Below are positions 62,061 through 64,000 of a stretch of 64,000 bases of DNA, in pieces (positions within the stretch are counted from its first letter, which is position 1; every line of letters starts with the position of its first letter). The notes under the pieces were generated by a model. It saw only the letters and a list, made by a program, of their open reading frames with translations. It made no database searches and had not been told where the DNA came from. Source of the stretch: Azolla caroliniana. Its lineage: Eukaryota > Plantae > Polypodiophyta. The translations under genes and the position numbers were made by a program. The DNA is taken from positions 6,758,001-6,822,000 of the forward strand of contig JBHGNT010000017.1 in NCBI GenBank assembly GCA_043228905.1. Reading direction: 5' to 3'.

Positions 62061-64000
62061 ATGGCACTACGACAAGCGATCGAGCAGAAGAAAGTTGAAT
62101 GAGGAGCAAAAGCTAGGAGTCGACCAAATCAATCATGATAATGAGCAAGGCTAGGCTCAACACAGACCTCATCTCTGACGACTCAGCTATATGCCGACCG
62201 ACTTGTAACATAAATTTAGATTAGTTTTGTAATCTAGGTTTAAGGGGAAGATAACCCCAAACATTTGTAGATGCAAGAAAGCGTAGTTCTTTTACGAGGG
62301 AGTTTGTTGGCATAAAAGGCCGACTCCTCCCATTTTGTACCCTAGTGTGAACTCATCCAAAGAGTTAGGGCTTAGTATATAAGCAATAACCTAATGTTGT
62401 AAAGATGTTTTTCTTCTGATCATTCTTGTATAGTGTCTCTGAGAAAGAGAACGTAATAACAAAGCTTCCATTAAAGCTTAAACTGTGTACATCTTCTGTT
62501 TATTCTCTTGCCTTCCTTCTGTGTTGTTTGTTGAACATTACGACAGATCCTCACACATACGTTTCCACACATATTCTATCTTTCAACTAGACTATAGAAT
62601 ACTAAACTATTATTACAAATACATGCTCGTATCAAAATGAGTCATGACATTATCCTCCCCTTTACGGCCCTCTTTTCGAAAGTGTGGTGTAGGGGTGAAC
62701 TGAAATTGGAGCACTGACGAGTGTGAGCAACCATGTGTTGCCCTCATCGGAGATTGGAACACCAATGCACGTGAGTGACCATATGCGGTCCTCACCGGAG
62801 ACACGAACACCAACGGGCGTGAGCAACCATGTGCGGTCCTCACCGGAGACACGAACACCAACGGGCGTGAGCGTCCATGTGCGGTCCTCACCGGAGACAC
62901 GAACAACAACGGACATGAGAGACCATGCGGTCCTCACCAGGAATTGGGACACGAACGGGGGTGAGCGACCGTGTGGTCCTCACTAGGAATTGGAACACGA
63001 ACGAGAATGAGCGACCATGCGGTCTTCACCGAGAACTAGAACACGAACAAGTGTGAGTGACCATGTGTGGTCCTCATTGGGAACTGGAAGAACAACGAGT
63101 GCAAGACTGCAAGTGAAGCGGTCGACTCGACTTCTTCTATCATGAGAGGGTAAATAGTCGAGGTTGACCGAAAACACGGTACAAATAGTAGCGCTAGTGA
63201 GAAATCGACGCGATCCCCACCAGGAAAGTAGGCGGTTGTGATCCCCACCGAAACTAGAGGGTGAGCGATCGAAATCGATTCTTGTCAAAAGAAAGCAGAG
63301 TGAAACGTAGACCAAAATGAAAAATGGAGTGCAAGCGAGCAACGATTCGATCCCCACCAGGAAAGTGAGCGGTTGTAACCCCCACCGGAACTGGAAAGGT
63401 GAGCGATCAAAAGTTATCCTTGCCAAAGGAAAGTGGAGTGAAACTTGAACCAAAATGAAAATGGAGTGCAAATGAGCAATGGTTCGATCCCCACCAGGAA
63501 AGTGAGCGGTTGTAACCCCCACCGAAACTATGAAGGTGTTGAAAATGATGATGTCGAAAACAAGGCAATCAAGACGATGATGATGAGCAAGCTTCTTTAA
63601 AACCAAGGATGTTGATGATAGTAACTTTGGAAGCAACGACGATGATGATGGTAACTCTACAAGAAAGGGTGGATGACGAAGACGGGTGATGCTTCCAGTT
63701 GGAGGGGATTCGAATTGTCATGGTCACACCAACTGCGGATTGGGACGGAGAAGGGATGATGGGGCTACGAGCGTGGAACTTACGAAGGTAGGAATGACAC
63801 AAGAGCATGAAGATAGAGATGAAGAAGGAGCAAAGATGGAATGAAACGAGAATACTGGATTGATGTGTCAATCACTGGTGTTGAATCCCTTGAAAGGGAC
63901 CAATGAGGTTTCAAGTATTTATACAAGTTCCAAGATTGAATATCTCTGGAATATACTTGAGAAATATCTCTAGAATATACCATACACTATTTCTAGAATA

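Larger units (their letters stand above)
25518..62585 (+). mobile_element. Copia element H: LTRs 25518-25793 and 62305-62585; gag ~25870-26767; pro/int 43330-44062; int-RT-RH 59505-62060
   Basis: Homologous LTRs; TSD GCTAG/ACTAG; PBS TAGTATCAGAG (decayed iMet); WLLDSGTTFHV, YFITFVDDCTRK, YKARLVAKGF, LILYVDNML, STTEAEYIA; PPT GAGGGAG. Confidence 0.9.
23662..64000 (-). mobile_element. Tandem TRIM/LARD-like array B2: LTR 23662-24100, internal 24101-25171, LTR 25172-25517//62586-62649 (split by H), internal 62650-63715, LTR 63716-window end
   Basis: Three homologous LTRs alternate with two homologous non-coding internal units. PPT AAAGGGGAGGATAA precedes the LTR on the minus strand. Same family as B1. 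Confidence 0.82.

Overview
Plant nuclear DNA, most likely from a fern or another seed-free lineage with both C-to-U and U-to-C organellar editing (inferred from an unedited nad7 NUMT). The left end holds the first three exons of a POLTERGEIST/PLL-type PP2C gene (minus strand), followed by about 9 kb of AT-rich intergenic DNA. From about 12.5 kb onward the window is a deeply nested LTR-retrotransposon cluster, resolved by eye from LTR pairs and TSDs: copia L > tandem TRIM-like B2 > copia H > {gypsy F > [solo LTR E, gypsy G > nad7 NUMT]; element I > [copia K, element J]}. Best candidate for a new system: elements I and J have unrelated LTRs and no polypurine tract (PPT). Each instead has two inverted tRNA-Arg sites: a normal PBS after the 5' LTR, and, at the PPT position, a copy of the 3' third of tRNA-Arg(UCU) with a covarying 13-nt hairpin inserted at the A58/G59 boundary. 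This suggests tRNA-primed or tRNA-mimic-primed plus-strand synthesis. Other signals are tRNA-like A/B-box modules in several LTR families, a self-priming tandem TRIM, ACGT-centred 4-bp TSDs, a -1 frameshift after protease, and a mini-MULE inside an LTR. All coordinates were read manually. Reference tRNA sequences are from memory and need checking.
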